DNA of 64,000 nt from the human T2T-CHM13v2.0 reference genome, Homo sapiens, in assembly GCF_009914755.1 (NCBI RefSeq), contig NC_060927.1; one strand, given 5' to 3'. The translations under genes and the position numbers were made by a program. Under the pieces are notes generated by a model. The model was given only the letters and a program-made list of their open reading frames with translations, searched no databases and was not told where the DNA came from. How positions within the stretch are numbered: the first letter of the stretch is position 1; every line of letters begins with the position of its first letter. Of the stretch, positions 25,780-41,143 are shown one piece after another.

Positions 25780-28240
25780 TTAAGCACAAATAAAGTGAAC
25801 ACTTTAATAAAGGTTTATCTTGATTCTTAGGTGTATACATATCACCACAATCAAGATAACAAGCATATCATCACTGCCAAGTGTTTCCTCCTGTCTCCCT
25901 CTAATTCTCCTGACTCCTTCCACCTTCCCATTCCCAGGCAACCACTGATCCATTTTCTGCTACAAATTAATTTGCATTTTCTAGTTTTAAAAGTAAATGA
26001 AATTACATAACATGTACTTTCAAAAAATAATTTTGGTTCTTTGCTTTTGAGAGTTACCTCTGCAGATGCATGTATTAATAGTTAATTTCTTTTTATTAAT
26101 AGTATTCCATTGTATGAACATACCACAATTTGTTTATTCTTTCAGCGCTTGCTGAACATTTGTATTGTTTGTATATTTCTACTATTACAAGTGAAGCTGT
26201 TATAAATATTTATGTCCAGGTCTTCTTATGAACATATGTTTTCATTTCTTTTGTGCAAACAACTAGAGTAGAATACTCAATTGTGATACTGTGAAATATA
26301 GATTTGGTCTTCCTCCCTGTTTCCTGGAATTTAACACCTAAAATCCTCAGAATCTCCAGAGTGATTTTTTGGAATGCTAATGTGTTGACTGATGGGTGGC
26401 AGCCCCTAGGTAGATTGAGGTGGGGGCTGATCACCATGGAAAAAAACAAGACAGGTGGAATTTTAAGCCCCTTCTGCTCGCCTCTAAGGAGGGGCAAGGG
26501 GGCAGAAGTGTTAGTTCATTATCAATGGCCAATGACTTAACCAATCTTGCTTACATAATGAAGCTTCCATGAAAAACACGAAAGGACTGCATTCAGAGAG
26601 CTATCAGATAGCTGAGCACATGGAGTCTCCTGAAGGGTGGTATGCCTGGAAAGAACATGGAAGCTTCCCTACCTCCCATACCTCGCCCTATGCATCTCTT
26701 GATCTGTATCCTTTGTAATATCTTTTATAATAAACTAGCAAATGAACCCGTTTCCCTGACTTCTGTGAGCTGCTCCAGAAAATTAATCCAATCCAAGGAG
26801 TTGTAGGGGGAGGTTGTGGGAGCTCTGGTTTATAGCCAGTCAATCAGAAACACAGGTAAAAGCATAGGAATTGAATTGGAGGAGGGGTGGGAGCAACAAG
26901 CTTGTGTCCACTGCAGAATTAATGGCTTGCTTGCTAGTGGGTTGAAATCCCCACACACTTCTTGGTGATCACAGGGCACAGAAGTATACTTTGTTGATTG
27001 ATGTTTAATGAGAGAATAGAAAATAAGCTTTGGTTTTATTCCTACGTCATCAGACCAGACCATATAATACTCTTAGCTTTATAAGAAACTGCCTGACCTT
27101 TGTTCCATACCTCACTCATTCTGTTTGCTTGTTTTCCCCCCATTCTTTCTTTTTCTCTGTGTTTTCTTGGGTCATTTCTATAGTTATATCTTCAAATGCA
27201 CCAATATTCTCTTCTGCAATGTCTAATACACTTTTAATTTTATCTGGAGTATTTTTTTCTTTGGCATTTTAGTTTTGCTCTCTAAAAGTTATATTTTCAT
27301 CTTTTAAACACTTTTTTGTATCTCTCCTTAACATAGAATTTTGTTTCTAGCTCCTTGATCACATGGAATACAGTTCTGTTTTAATATCTATATTTCTCCT
27401 GGATTCATTTCAATTGATTTATTTTCCTCCCAAATATTGGTCATTTTTTATGTCTGATAATTTTTGATTGTTGAGCATTATGAATTTTACCTTGTTGATT
27501 ACTGAAGATTTTTATATTTTTACAAGTATTTCTGAGCTTTATTCTAGGATGTACTCAAGTTACTTAAAGACAGTTTCATCCTTTTTCATCTTTCTTTTAA
27601 GATTTGACAGGCGATCTAGATCAGTGTTAAAGAGCTAAGTTTTGCTCCACTTCTGAGGAAAACACTGTTTTGAGTACTGTCTCCAATGCTCCATACATTA
27701 TGAGGTTTTCCACTTCGGCTACTGCTAACGGGAACTAGTTCCAGCTTTGTGAGACCTGCTGTTGTTCTCTCAAATACTTTCAAGTGATTCTTTCTTGGCT
27801 TCAGGCAGTTACCCCACACTCATGAGCTGAGCAGTGGTCAGCCATATATTGAAGCGGGGGGAGGGGGCATCCTAATGAAGATCTTCAGAGTTCTTTCTTG
27901 GACTTCTCTTTGTGTATGGCATTCTGCCCTGTGAACTCAAGCTGCCTTGGTCTTCCTGGACTCTCAGCTTTGTCTCCCCAATGCATGTAGTCTTCTGGGC
28001 TCCACCTGCATTTCCTCTTTGTGTCACAGCTTAGACACCCTTTCCATGTAGCAAACTGGGGGCAACCATAGGACTCATCCCATTCATTCCTGACTTTTAG
28101 AGTTCACTGTCCTTTATTGCCTGATATCTAAAGTCTTGAAAAAGTTCTCTCGGATATTTTTCCAGCTTTTAATTGTTTCATTTGAAAGTGTAACTAGTAT
28201 AATCTGGTGTTTGTTGCTCCATCTTGGCCAGAAGCAGAAA
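25780..28240 (-). mobile_element. Old L1 (L1MD/ME-like): 3' end plus 5'/ORF1 remnants, interrupted by MER21
   Basis: 3' UTR 'cccaggcaaccactgatc', 'agtattccattgtatgaacataccacaatttgtttatt'; 5' end 'ctccatcttggccagaagcagaa'. Confidence 0.7.
26282..27057 (+). mobile_element. MER21 (B/C-like) solo LTR
   Basis: 'tgtgatactgtgaaatatagatttggtcttcctccctgtttcctgg', 'ccctatgcatctcttgatctgtatcctttgtaatatcttttataataaac'. Confidence 0.85.
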
Positions 28241-28487
28241 TAGTGCATATTAAAATGTTAGAACAGTGCTCTGCCATGGAGCATCTCTCCTGACCTCTCT
28301 GAATCTTTTAACATCCCACACATAATGCACCTGATGTTCTCTTGGCATGATCCCTATGCCTTTGTGCATCAATTTTTAAAAAATGAATGAATGCTTAACC
28401 ACATCCCCTCTTCAGTAGTTCTGCAGTTGGTTTTCAGAATTCAAATACAAGCCTTGACTTCCTACCCAGCACCCTGCTCCGCCTCCC

Positions 28488-28600
28488 AGAGGAGTCTCAC
28501 TGTGTTGCCCAGGCAGGTCTCAAACTCCAGGGCTCAAGTGATCTTCCTGCCTCAGTCTCCTGAGTAGCTGGGAATACAGGCATGTACCGCCCCCCTGGTT
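28488..28600 (-). mobile_element. FLAM (free left Alu monomer)
   Basis: Single monomer 'gtctcactgtgttgcccaggcaggtctcaaactccagggctcaagtgatc'. Confidence 0.8.
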
Positions 28601-28699
28601 CAAGCTTTTGCATTTTGTATGTTGATTAATTATCATCTCATTAACTTTAGCTCATCACTCAAAGCAGTCAATACATTTTGGAAAAATATCACATCACCT

Positions 28700-29610
28700 T
28701 ATTTTAGAAATTACTTATAAGCAGTCACCAATTCATATCATCATCCAAGTCACTGATAAAAATATTGATCAGAGTAGTGCAGGGGACATTCTTCTGTTTA
28801 TCTTCCAGACTGGCATGGATCCATGAATCAATATTTTGCAGAGAGTCATTTAACCAAATCACACATGCACCTACTGTATGACCATTCAATTTGTATTTGT
28901 ATACACGGATACCTTAAGTCTATACCAAAAGCTTTAATGATATTGAGAAATGCTTTGTGTTTTAAATGCTTAAAAATATGGATTGAAGGAAAATGCTAAT
29001 GGAATTGTTTCCTGGTGGTGGAACGAGAGGTGATCTTTATATTTTATTATTGCTTATCATTGAGATAATTTTTACATTGGATTATATTTTTAAAATATGA
29101 GAAAATAAGTTTAAATATTGTGTCTCAGTTTTCAACACTTCCCAATCTACTTATTAGATGGTTCTTTCAGAATAATAGAAAAGAAAGCCGCAGTGACGTT
29201 TTATTAGTTACTTCTTGCTAATTCCAAATGATCATATTTTCAATTTAAAAGACTTACAACTTAGCCCTTAATTAGCCATTTCAGAATCTTTTCTACGGCT
29301 TTTTTTCTCCTATGGAAATGTGGTGTAGTGCCGATTTTTCATCTCTTCATTTAGTATTCTTTCTTAAGTTGCACTGACTGAGGCTGGGCAATTTCAGTAG
29401 TAAGTTCCAAATATTCTCAGAGTGAACTTCACCTGGTAAAGTTTACCCACACTCACAGATATCCTAATTTCTTCCCACTTAGTCCCTGAACTTTCTTTGG
29501 TGTTTATTTTATCCTGCTCAATTTGCAGGTCATTTTTTAAATTGCTATTTTTTGACAGAAACTTTAGAGGTGAAATTAGTTAAAGCATTTCATTTCTATT
29601 CTGTTGACAT
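28700..29610 (-). mobile_element. CR1/L3 LINE fragment (with a small L1ME-like 3' piece at about 28975-29110)
   Basis: 'tcatccaagtcactgataaaaatattgatcag', 'atttaaccaaatcacacatgcacct', 'ccaaaagcttt' resemble antisense CR1 RT. Confidence 0.6.
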
Positions 29611-30063
29611 GTACTGTTGAATGATTGGCACAGAGACCTGTTTCTATTTCTGTTTCTTGCTTTTAGTGTAGAAGATTCTGTGTTAATGTGAGGAAGGGTG
29701 GTGTGCTTTTGAGCTGCAGCCTGACCTTGCTCATGACTATGAAATGTTACAAGGTTGAATTTCATAAGTTGACGTGTTAGGGCTGTTAGTATCAGCGGTA
29801 ATAAATTGTACAAAATCTCCATGGTATAACATTAAAGTGTAGGTAGTCTAGTCAGATGTTTGGCAGACAGCCTTCCATTTGAAGTTCCCTTTATGTTGTG
29901 GTATGGGCATTTTATAAGACCTGTTGCTGAATCCTCTGCATTTGCCTGGGCAACAAGCAAAGATAGAGTAAGTAAAATTGCAAGGTCTCACTTTGCATGG
30001 AAGAAGATCTAGTATTTCTTTCTTTAAGGATAAGAAGAGGCAAGAGGGAGCAATGACCCTAAA

Positions 30064-30885
30064 GTATTTTTAACTGTGGTAATAATGCTGTGCACTAAAT
30101 GTCCAGAACTCATTGTATTGTAAAACTAAAACTTTGTGCCCTTTGACTAATATCTCCCAATTTCCTTCTCCAAACCTCCGATAAGCACCATTTTACTCTT
30201 GGCTTCTATGAGCTTTACTATTTTATTTTAGACTTGGCATATAAGTGATATTGTGAACTATTTGTCTTTCTGTGTCTGGTTTATTTCACTTAACATAATG
30301 ACTCTAGGTTTATCCATGTTGTCACAGATAGCAAGATCTCCATTTTTAAGGTTGAATAATATTCCATTATTTGTGTATGTCATATTTTCATTATTCATCT
30401 GTCAGTGGACATTTAGGTTGTTTCTATATTTTGGTTACTATGAATAATGCTGCAATGCATACAGAATCATAGATATTCCTTTGAATTTCAGGTTTCATTT
30501 TCTATGGATATATACCCAGAAGTGGATTTGCTGGATCACATGATAGTTCTACATGCCATTTTTTTTGGAGAAACTTTGCTATTTTCTACCATAACTGTAC
30601 CAATTTGCATTTTTATCTACAGTGTACAAGGGCTCCCTTTTCTCCATATCTTTGCCAGCACTTACCTTTTGTTGCTAATAGTCATTCTAATAGGTGTGAG
30701 GTAATATATATTGGCTTGGGTTGACTTTCCCTGATAATCGATGATATTGAATACCTTTTCGTATTCTATTGTCCATTGTTATGCTTTTTGTGGGAAATGT
30801 TCATTCAGGTTCTGTGTCTATTCAGTAATTAGATTATCTGTGTGTTTTTGTTTGTTTGTTTGCTATTGAATCGAATGAGTGTTTT
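30064..30885 (-). mobile_element. L1MA9/10 or L1MB1/2-like 3' end
   Basis: 'ccagaactcatt...aaaactttgtgccctttgac', 'tatttgtctttctgtgtctggtttatttcacttaacataatg', 'atatacccagaagtgg'. Confidence 0.85.
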
Positions 30886-31704
30886 ATAGATTTCTAAACA
30901 GGGCTCCCAGGTACGCTTAAAGTAGCAAGTGTGAGTAGTTGGCAAGGTTAAAGAGTCTGCTGAGCTGGAGCTAGACTTGTGCCAAAGTCTTACATATGAT
31001 GTTTATGGCTTCTAAACAAAAATACCATCATTTCTTCAACATGGAAAACCACATAAAGTTGTTAGCACTTTGCTTGCAATTGAATGTTAATATAGTGGGA
31101 CAATGAACTCATCTTTTTCAGAACTTCCTTTTGTTTCTTATCTTTTTGAGAATTTGGCAACAGCCAGTTGTGTTGTATTTTCTGGTTTGTAGTTTTGTTA
31201 CTTCCAGGCTGTTTACAGGAGGCATTCCCCTTCAAGAGGCATAGACATTTCATATGGGTAACTAGCTGTCCTCTCTGAGAGGTTTACTCTAAGAGTTAAG
31301 TGAGTGAGTGAGACTAGAAGCAGTGAGATAACTGAAAAGAAGGACAATGGATGCATTTTTGAGGGTCCAGAGGGTCTTTTCTGATGGATAGCGCTTCAGT
31401 TTCTGGAAAAGAGAATGTCACATGAAAGCCTGCATCAGTCATTCCCACAAAGTATTGCATTTTTGCCATGAACTATGTTCTAAATAAATTCTGGGGAGTC
31501 AAAGCTGAAGATCAATAGAGAAGTTCTTATAAAGAAAGAAAGCAGAGCTGTACATGAATAAAGAGTAAATGAAGGATAAGAAAATAAACACTGAAAACAG
31601 GAAGGGGATATTTGTTAAATACATTTGAGCCATTGAGGCAGATCCAAGGATGAAATTAGGAGGTTTCTTATCCAAAATCTATAGTCATAGTTGCAATAGT
31701 ATAT

Positions 31705-31932
31705 ACCAAGGGCCAGAAGAATTTAGTCTATGAGTCAAATCTGCCCCACTACCTGTTTTTTTTTTAATAAAGTTTGTTGGAAAATAATTCATTGTTGTAT
31801 TTTCTATGGCTGCTTTTGCTCTACAGTGACAGAATTGAGCTGTTGTAATGCAGACTGTATGGCCTGAAAGCTGAAAATATTTTACAATCTTAGAATCTGG
31901 CTTTTTTACAGAAAAAGTTTGTCAGTGCTTGC
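31705..31932. mobile_element. MER58A
   Basis: 'caaatctgccccactacctgtttt...aataaagtt...ctatggctgcttttgctctacagtgacagaattgag...ttacagaaaaagtttgtc'. Confidence 0.85.
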
Positions 31933-32059
31933 TATACACAGTGAACATATTACTAGACTAGAATTGTTGTTACCCAAGTGCAGTGTGAATGGTTAGAGCT
32001 ACCATGCCACTGGGAAATATGTGTTTGCTTTTAAAATTGAGCTTAGTGGTTTAATGGAG

Positions 32060-32200
32060 TCGTATAGTCCAAGCACCATCTCTCTCACCAGTGGGAACCA
32101 AGAGAAAGAGAGGTGAAGTGTCTTGCCCCAGGCCACACAGCAAATTAATGACAAAGTCAAAATAAACTTCCAGGCCTCTGTAGTTCCAGCCAGTACTATT
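32060..32200 (-). mobile_element. MIR fragment
   Basis: 'agagaggtgaagtgtcttgccccaggccacacagcaaattaatgaca'. Confidence 0.6.
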
Positions 32201-33211
32201 TTCAGAAGTTGATTAAAAATGGATAAGTGGTCCCTATTGTCTAGTATTTGACATGAATTCCTTACAGTCCAGGGAGCTGCTGCATTGAGGAATGTTCCAG
32301 TGTCCTGGATTCTACGCAAAGAGTTAAATCTCTAGTAGTAACAGGAAGACCTCGATAGAACATTCACTCATTGTTTAATGCAAATCCTAGCAGAGACTTT
32401 TGGGTCAGCATTATCCTAAAGCTTGAGTAATCTTTCAGAGAGTTTTGTTATTGATTCCAAGAATGGTTTTCTCTCAAAAACCTCTTTATTTTGAAAATTA
32501 CCGTGAGACCTCAACTTCACAATTCTACTAATGTCATTAGATGCCTGGTGCTTTATTATAATTTGGTTTAGCTGCACTTTCGTAATGTTAGGTATTGACA
32601 ATGTGAAGATTTTGATGTTAAATAACTTCCTCTGACATGAATATAGTTAATAATTCTTAGTCTCAGTTCAACATTGCGATGGAATGGAACAGGTCAAATT
32701 AGCACATTGAGTTTTTAGAATATTACAGTTCTCTATAAAAGTTTGATTTCCTATATTTTTAATTATTTCTGACATACATTGGCAAGCATAGGAGATAAGC
32801 AAAGTAACAGATTGTATTCAAAATTTTCTTTCTCCTTATCCAAGCATAACTGAGTCACGGCCTTTTTATAAGTTGGAGTACCAAGCTCAGAGTTGGGTTA
32901 CCATCTGACATTGGGGAATTAAATATTTAGATTTTTTATTTTTTCTTGGTTGTTGCAATTTTGTCTATAATACAATGTACACAAACAATACTTTGTTATT
33001 AAAATTAGTGTTTGTAGTGTTCACATTAAATAATAGTAAATTAAAATGTGTGCTAAATTGATGTTTGTATTTTTGTTTTGCTGACCAAAGAAAATGTAGG
33101 TTGTCATGTTTAAAGAAAAAAAAAAGATGCATTACTGGGGCCTATTAACTTAATTAGAAGTAACAGATTTATAGCTTTAGAAAGACAAGCTTTACTTCCC
33201 CATTTTTCTCA

Positions 33212-33532
33212 TAATTTATTTTTAATTGACAAGAATTATTTATATTGTACAACATAAAGGTTTTGATATGTATATATGGACACATATATGCATTGTGGAA
33301 TGGTTAAATCAAGCTAACAACATATGCATTACCTGACATACTTACTCTTTGTGGTATGAACGCTTAAAGTCTGTCTTGGCAATTTTCAAGATTATAATAC
33401 CTTACCTATAGTCACCATGCTGTACAATAGATCTCTTGAACTTATTCTTCCTGTCTAAAATTTCATATTTTTTGACGAACACTTCCTCACCCCCGGTAAC
33501 CACCATTCTGTTCTCTTCTTCAATCAATTCTG
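33212..33532 (-). mobile_element. L1MA (6-8-like) 3' end
   Basis: 'cattgtggaatggttaaatcaagctaacaacatatgcattacc', 'tatagtcaccatgctgtacaatagatctcttgaacttatt'. Confidence 0.85.
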
Positions 33533-33709
33533 CTTCTATTTTCCTGTGTTTATGCCATCTCTTTCCTTTAAGAATTTGTTCCTTGGTTAAAAATAAAGCA
33601 TTTCTAGAAGTTACATAAGTGAATTGTCATAGTGTTATTTATCATCCAGAGATTAAATAAATTATATTCAATCAATATTAAAATGTTGAAACAAAACATC
33701 TCACTCATG

Positions 33710-34750
33710 TCCATTCACTCCTCTCACATTAGTTCATTAAGCAAATGTTTATTGAGAGTTCACTATATTCCTATGCTCTCATTGAAATAAATGTAGAGCC
33801 AAACCACATACTATAATTGGGCTCATGTAGCACGTTGTACTGGTCTATTCTCATGCTGCTGATAAATACCCAAGACTGCGCAATTTAGAAACAAAAGAAT
33901 TTAATGGATTCACAGTTCCACATGGCTGGGAGGCCTCACAATCATGGCAGAAGTCAAATGAGGAGCAAAGTCACATCTTACATGGCAGGCAAGAGAGCTT
34001 GTGCAGGGAAACTCTCTTTTATAAAACCATCAGATCTTGTAAGATTTATTCACTACCATGAGAGCAGTATAATGGAGCCTACCCCTATGAATCAATTATT
34101 TCCACCTGGCCCTACCCTTGACACATGGAGATTATTAGAATTCAAGGTGAGATTTGGGTGGGGAGACAAATCCAAACCATATCACATGCAGTATATATAA
34201 CAAGGGAGGCAGCTATTAACAAAACATTTCCACAAAAAATAAAAGTAAAATTGTATCCTGAGAAAAGCGTTCATGAGGAAGGAATCATGGTTCTATGGTT
34301 CTATGAAAAATTATTGCAAAAGAAGCCCAACATAGGCATGGGATTCAGGATCAATTTATGTTTTCAGAATGTATTTGAGCTGAGAACTAACAGATTAAGA
34401 GAAAAGAGTTAGTTAGGGATGGATGGGGGAGAAGATGGAGATTACCCAAACAAAGTAAACTGCCAGTACAAAGATCCTGTCATGGAGGAGTGGAGAGCAA
34501 GGCTTACTCAAGGAACTGGAACCTAGTTTATTATCAGAGGAAGCTGACAGACAAAGCAAAAACCATACCATATTAAAGAGTTTTGTTTCTACTCCAGGAG
34601 CAATAGACAGTCATTGTAAAGTTCTAATCAGGAAAGTATCATGGCTATATTTGAGAACAGAAAATATCACTCCTGTTGCTGGGTAGTAATGAATGGAGGG
34701 GTAAGAATGGAAGGATACAAGGCTATGAGGAGGTCTGTGGAAAGTCACAT
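33710..34750 (-). mobile_element. L2 fragments flanking THE1
   Basis: 'ttcattaagcaaatgtttattgagagttcactat', 'tatttgagctgaga', 'aaatatcactcctgttgctgggtag'. Confidence 0.55.
33836..34184 (-). mobile_element. THE1B-like solo LTR
   Basis: 'tcacagttccacatggctgggaggcctcacaatcatggcagaa...aaaaccatcagatcttgt...gagatttgggtgggga...aaaccatatca'. Confidence 0.9.
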
Positions 34751-34929
34751 GTTCAATGGAATATGTACAAATTACAAATTTGTACAAGCACAAACTACAT
34801 GTTCCACACATTCATAACTTTGAAATTTCCCAGTGATCTCATGAACTTTTGTAAAATAGAAGACTTGTTTTAATGGAGGGGGAAGAAAATAACTAACATA
34901 AAAGTCTGTTCTAAAACAAAAGCTTTGCA

Positions 34930-35100
34930 GACATCCAACTGTTCAGTGTCAACTTCATAAACACCCTATAAGAATCTCATTTTGCATGTGAAGAAATCAG
35001 GCTTTGCAAAGCTTGAGTGACTCAAAGTCATAAGCTTCGTAGCCTGGAAACAAAATTTAAATCTGTGACAGTTTCACATCTAAACACATGTTATATCCAC
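34930..35100 (-). mobile_element. MIR
   Basis: 'tctcattttgcatgtgaagaaatcaggct...gagtgactcaaagtca'. Confidence 0.55.
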
Positions 35101-37004
35101 TATAGTCACCCCAGACTTGGGGTTACTTCTCTTAATGTAAACAGTTTAATGATGTAATTGGTCAAGTAGATTGCATATTTAATAAAATCTAAAGTGCTGA
35201 AAAATAAATCCATGCATTTACTTTCAAAGGTCACAATCCTCAGAGCCAAATTAAACCATAATCTACACAAATGCTGCAAAAGCAGGGAAGTGGGGAGCCA
35301 CAAAAGTTTATTCCAATTGACAATACAGGTAATTTTATAGGAATGTTTCTGTATTGAATGCTGTTGTTTCATATGGTCATCAGTCAGGATTTGGAAATGC
35401 ACATATTGACAAGTACTTGCAATGTCTTGATGTAATAGTTAGGTTCAACCTATAAATTATTCCTCCTTTCCCCACAGTGTTTGATTCAAAACCAATTAGA
35501 TGCCAGTTGAATGAAATTTGCAGTTGTCTTGAAATCAGAAGTCTACTTGTTTTGTACTTGGTTAAATATGCTTACATTGTGTAAGCTCCACAGGACTGTG
35601 AGTAACAGTATTAGAGCTTTAGTTTGCTCACTATTTTTAATTTATATTTTAAAATATGTATTATACTATATTTCATACATTAATTAAACACTCACAAACA
35701 TATTTTCTTAGAGTTTGGGGATCACTGCTTGAATTAAAGGTAAAAATCTGAGAAATATTTGCAATTGAGGAAACCAGGATTTACAATATAAGGTGTGCAG
35801 AATCAAATGCTTCATCTTGTAGAGAAAGGTCCCTTAGGAATGGTGCTTTAATTTTACAAAAACGTTCAAACTCTTTTCTCATTTGATCCTCACCACAGCC
35901 TGTGAGAATAATTGGTTGGTTGAAAATAATGGTTGGCCTGAGGTGGAGGATGTCTAATGACTAGAAGAATAAAAATTCCTGCTCAACTGGGCAGGACAGC
36001 AGAGTTCCTAACAAACTGTCAGAAAAATAAAAAAAAGTTGTGAAACTGAATCCAAATGGCAGTCTATGAGAACCATCACTTCTGTCTTTCTGTTTCTTAG
36101 GTAGCATTTCTCCAGTCTAAAGAGACTCTAGCTGTGGAACATATGCTATCAATTGAATCTTGAACTGATTTTTCTTTTTAACTCAAATTACTGATGAAGG
36201 AATCCTTAGGAAAAGTTGACTTGACTATAAAGTGTCCAAAGGAATTGGTAACCAGGATGTTTTCTTCTTTTCTCCCACCTCCCCATGCTTGTAATTTAAA
36301 AGATTGGTTTTAGGGTTTTAGAGATCTAAATGAAGTCAGCCACCTAAAATGCCTTTTAAAGTGCAAACGATGTCTTGTATTCTGCAGTAGTTCCTATTGA
36401 TTTTGAACAGAAAAATATTTTTAAAAGAATTCCACATGGATACAGAAAATGGGAAGAGAAGCTGACCCGGTAGATCAACCTGTAATCCCTACATCAATGG
36501 GTGACTTTATTTAATAGTTTAGAAACTAAATAAAGCTAATCTAATTAATTCTTTTAGCTGTAAAATATATTTACATTAATTAATTTTTTTTTGTGCCAGA
36601 AGATAAGATGATGCCCTTCTTCACAGAATTGGGGAGTCATAATGTAATAAAATAACAAATTTTGTTAGGAAAAAGTCATCTCATTGGTTCAGAAATTCTC
36701 ATTTTGCTTATACTTTGTTCCAGGAGTTTAATTTTAAAGCTTCCAAATGACAGAGAAGTAACACTTGTTGTTTGGACTGAAAATGTATTTATGAATCAGT
36801 GATTATCTGTCTTTGAGCTTGATCATTTTCATTTTTAAAGATTCCATGCTGGTAAAAACTATTTATCCCTTCTGCCCTGTTCTCTGCTTCACAGTAGTAT
36901 CAGAAAAAGTTCCATACAGTAGTTTGTTAATTGAACTCCTTGAGAATTGCCCAAATCTAAGCATTTAAGAACAATTAACTTTTAGGCATTGATTTTTTTC
37001 TTCT

Positions 37005-39670
37005 GTTTTTGTTAGTTTAATTGAGGTTTAATTTACATATAAAATTTATCAATTTAAGTGTGCAATCCTCTTGTTTTAAAAATCTAATTTACCACCCACC
37101 AAAATCAAGATAGAGAACTCTTCCATTATCCTCCAATTTTATTTGTTTTGTACCTCTTTGAATTTAATCATCCCACCTCCATATACACACACAGACAAGT
37201 CTGTGACCACTAGTTACTTTCTATTGTTATAGTTTTGCCTTCTCAATAAATGGATTCAAAGAGTATGTAATATTTGTGTCTGACTTCTTTTATTCAGTTT
37301 ATTGCTCTTGATATGTATGCATGTTATTGCAAGTATCGGTAGTTTTTTTTTTTTTTTTTTTTTTTTGCATTGCCAGGTAGTATTTTTTTGTTTGAATACA
37401 TCACAGTTTGGCTGTTCCCTAGATGATGGGCATTTAGGTTCTTTCCCATTGAGGGTTATTAAGGATAAAACTGTTATAAACACTTATGAACAAGGCTTTC
37501 AGTAGACATATGCCTTAAATTTCTCTTGCATAACTGCCTAGTAGTGTATTGCTGGGTTTTATTGTAAGGGTATGTTTAACTTCATAAGAAACTGCTCAAC
37601 TCTTTTCCAAAGTGGCTATATTATTTTATATATTTCTACCAGTGTATTTTAGCATGCCAGTTGGTCAGTATTCTCAATGACACTTAGTCTTTTGTTTTTC
37701 TTGGGTTTTTTTTTTTTTAAATAATTCTAGTTGGAGTGTATTGATATTTCATTGTCATTTTAATTTGCATTTTTCTTAGGCTTAATGTTAAAAATCTTTT
37801 CATGCACTTATTTACATTTATATATCTTTTTTGGTAAAATGTCTATTCAAATCCTTTTTTTTTACTTTAGTTATCTTATTATTGAATAAGAGCTCTTTAT
37901 ATTAATATATTCCCCATATAAATCATTTATTGGCTAAATATTTTACAAAATATTTTCTGCCAGGGTGTAGCTGTTATTTTCAGTTTTTCAATGATGTATG
38001 AAAAAGAGCATTTTAAAAAATGTTGAAGAAGTCCAATTTATCCCTGTTTCTGTCTTTTATTCTTTTGTGTCCTGTTTAAGAAATCATTACTAGCTTAATG
38101 TTCTCCTATTCTTTTCTCTAGAAATTTTATAGTCTTAAATCTTACATTAATGTCTATAATTCACTTTGTCAATTTTTATGTATGTTGTACAGTGAGAGCT
38201 GAAGTTAATTTTTTCTATATTGATATTAAGTTGTTTCAGCATCATTTGTTAAAAATGTTATCCTTGTTTTGGTTGATTGCCTTCTTTTAAAATGAATTGA
38301 CCTTGTATGAAGGCTTTTTTTTTCTACCATCTGTCTTGTTCCTTTGATCTATATGTCTGTTTCTACAAGAATATCACATTGTCTTGATTACTACATCTTT
38401 AAGTTTTGAAGTCAGCTAATGTAAGTCCTTCAATTTTATTTTTCTTTTTCAAAATTGTTATGGTTATTATAGGCCCTTTACTTTCCCATATAAATTTTAA
38501 AATCAGTTTTTTAATTTCTATAGAATTCTCTCTCAAATTTTGATTGGGATTATAATAAATCTGTAAATCATACAAACTCTTACTGTGACAATATTGAACA
38601 TGGTATATGGGATTTATTTAATTTTATCAATATTTTGTAATTTTTGTTCTACAGTTTTTTCATATGTATTCTTCAAGCTACAACTATCTTATATTTTGCT
38701 ACTACTATAAGTATTTTCATTTTAATTTTCAATTTTTAAATTACTAGCATATATAAGTTCATTTGATTTTTCTATATTGAACTTATATCATTTGCTATGA
38801 GTAAACATAGTTTTTTGTAGGTTCCTTAAGACTTTCAAAATAGATTCTCTATAAATGAAGCCATTTTAATCTTATCTTTTATGATATATATGATATATGA
38901 TATACATATATCATAAAAGATAAGATTAAAATATATATCTTTTATGATATATATGACATCTAATATATGATGATATATATGATATATGTATGATATATAT
39001 GATATCTTTTATGATATATATATCATAAAAGATAAGATTAAAATGGCTATATATGTATCTTTAATTTTTTTGTGTGTGTTCTTGTCTGAGTGCACTGGGA
39101 TGCAATGTTAAGTACAACGTTAAACTGAAATAATGAGAGTAGTCATTCTTGCATTGGTCCCTGTTTAAGTGGGAGAGATTTCTGTCTTTCACCATTAACT
39201 GTTATTATTTCTCGCAAGTCCTTATTAGGTTGAAGAAAGTCACTTCTGTTCCTTCTATTTTTAATCATAATGGAATATTAAATTTTTGTCAAAAACTTTT
39301 CTGCATATATGGAATTGATCAAGTATTTTTCTTACTGGTTTTCTCTCATCTCTCTCTCTCTTTCTGTCTGTCTCTCTCTTTCTCTCTCTCTACCCATCGT
39401 TCTCCTCTTAACAGCAAAGCTACTGTTTTCTGTCTTCAAAATTTGGGTCACCTTGGGTTCCCTGAAACTCAAATTCTGACTCTTCTTTACAACAAGATCA
39501 CCAGGCTCTCCTTAGGTTTCTCCCACTTGTGGTATGTTCTAGAATCTCTCCAGGCAGTGGCAGTGAGCTGGGGAATTGCAAGGCTCATCTAATTTGTTTT
39601 CCTGGAAATATACGTATGTTCCAGTTTTCCCGTTGCTTAAGATGAGTGTGTAAATCTGGTCTCTTGCTAT
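37005..39670 (-). mobile_element. Old L1 (L1MD/ME-like): 3' UTR plus decayed ORF2, with a 5'-end remnant at about 39420-39670
   Basis: T-rich antisense L1: 'ttaacttcataagaaactgc...ttttccaaagtggct', 'gttgtttcagcatcatttgttaaaa', 'ttcccatataaattttaaaatcag'. Confidence 0.8.
38859..39048. repeat. Nested AT-rich inverted repeat / palindrome
   Basis: 38859-38891 is the exact reverse complement of 39016-39048; further arm copies lie inside. Confidence 0.92.
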
Positions 39671-39952
39671 TGGTTTTTGTATCAATCTTTTTTTGTGTGT
39701 CCTTTTCCTATTTATTTGTTTTTGCTTAGACCTAATGCAAATCTATTGCCTTTGGATGATGTCTTAATTTATTTCTAGCGTTCTAGTTAATGTACCAAAC
39801 AATCTATTGGGATTTTCTTCCTTCATTTTCTTCTTCTTCTTCTCTTTTTATTATTTATTTTAAAGTTGGAGAGGGTTGCTGCTTTAAATCAGCTATTTTT
39901 CAAGACTGTTAATACCAATAACTATTCTTAAGTTTCCAAACAAGCTGGGTGA

Positions 39953-41143
<1,191 letters not shown>

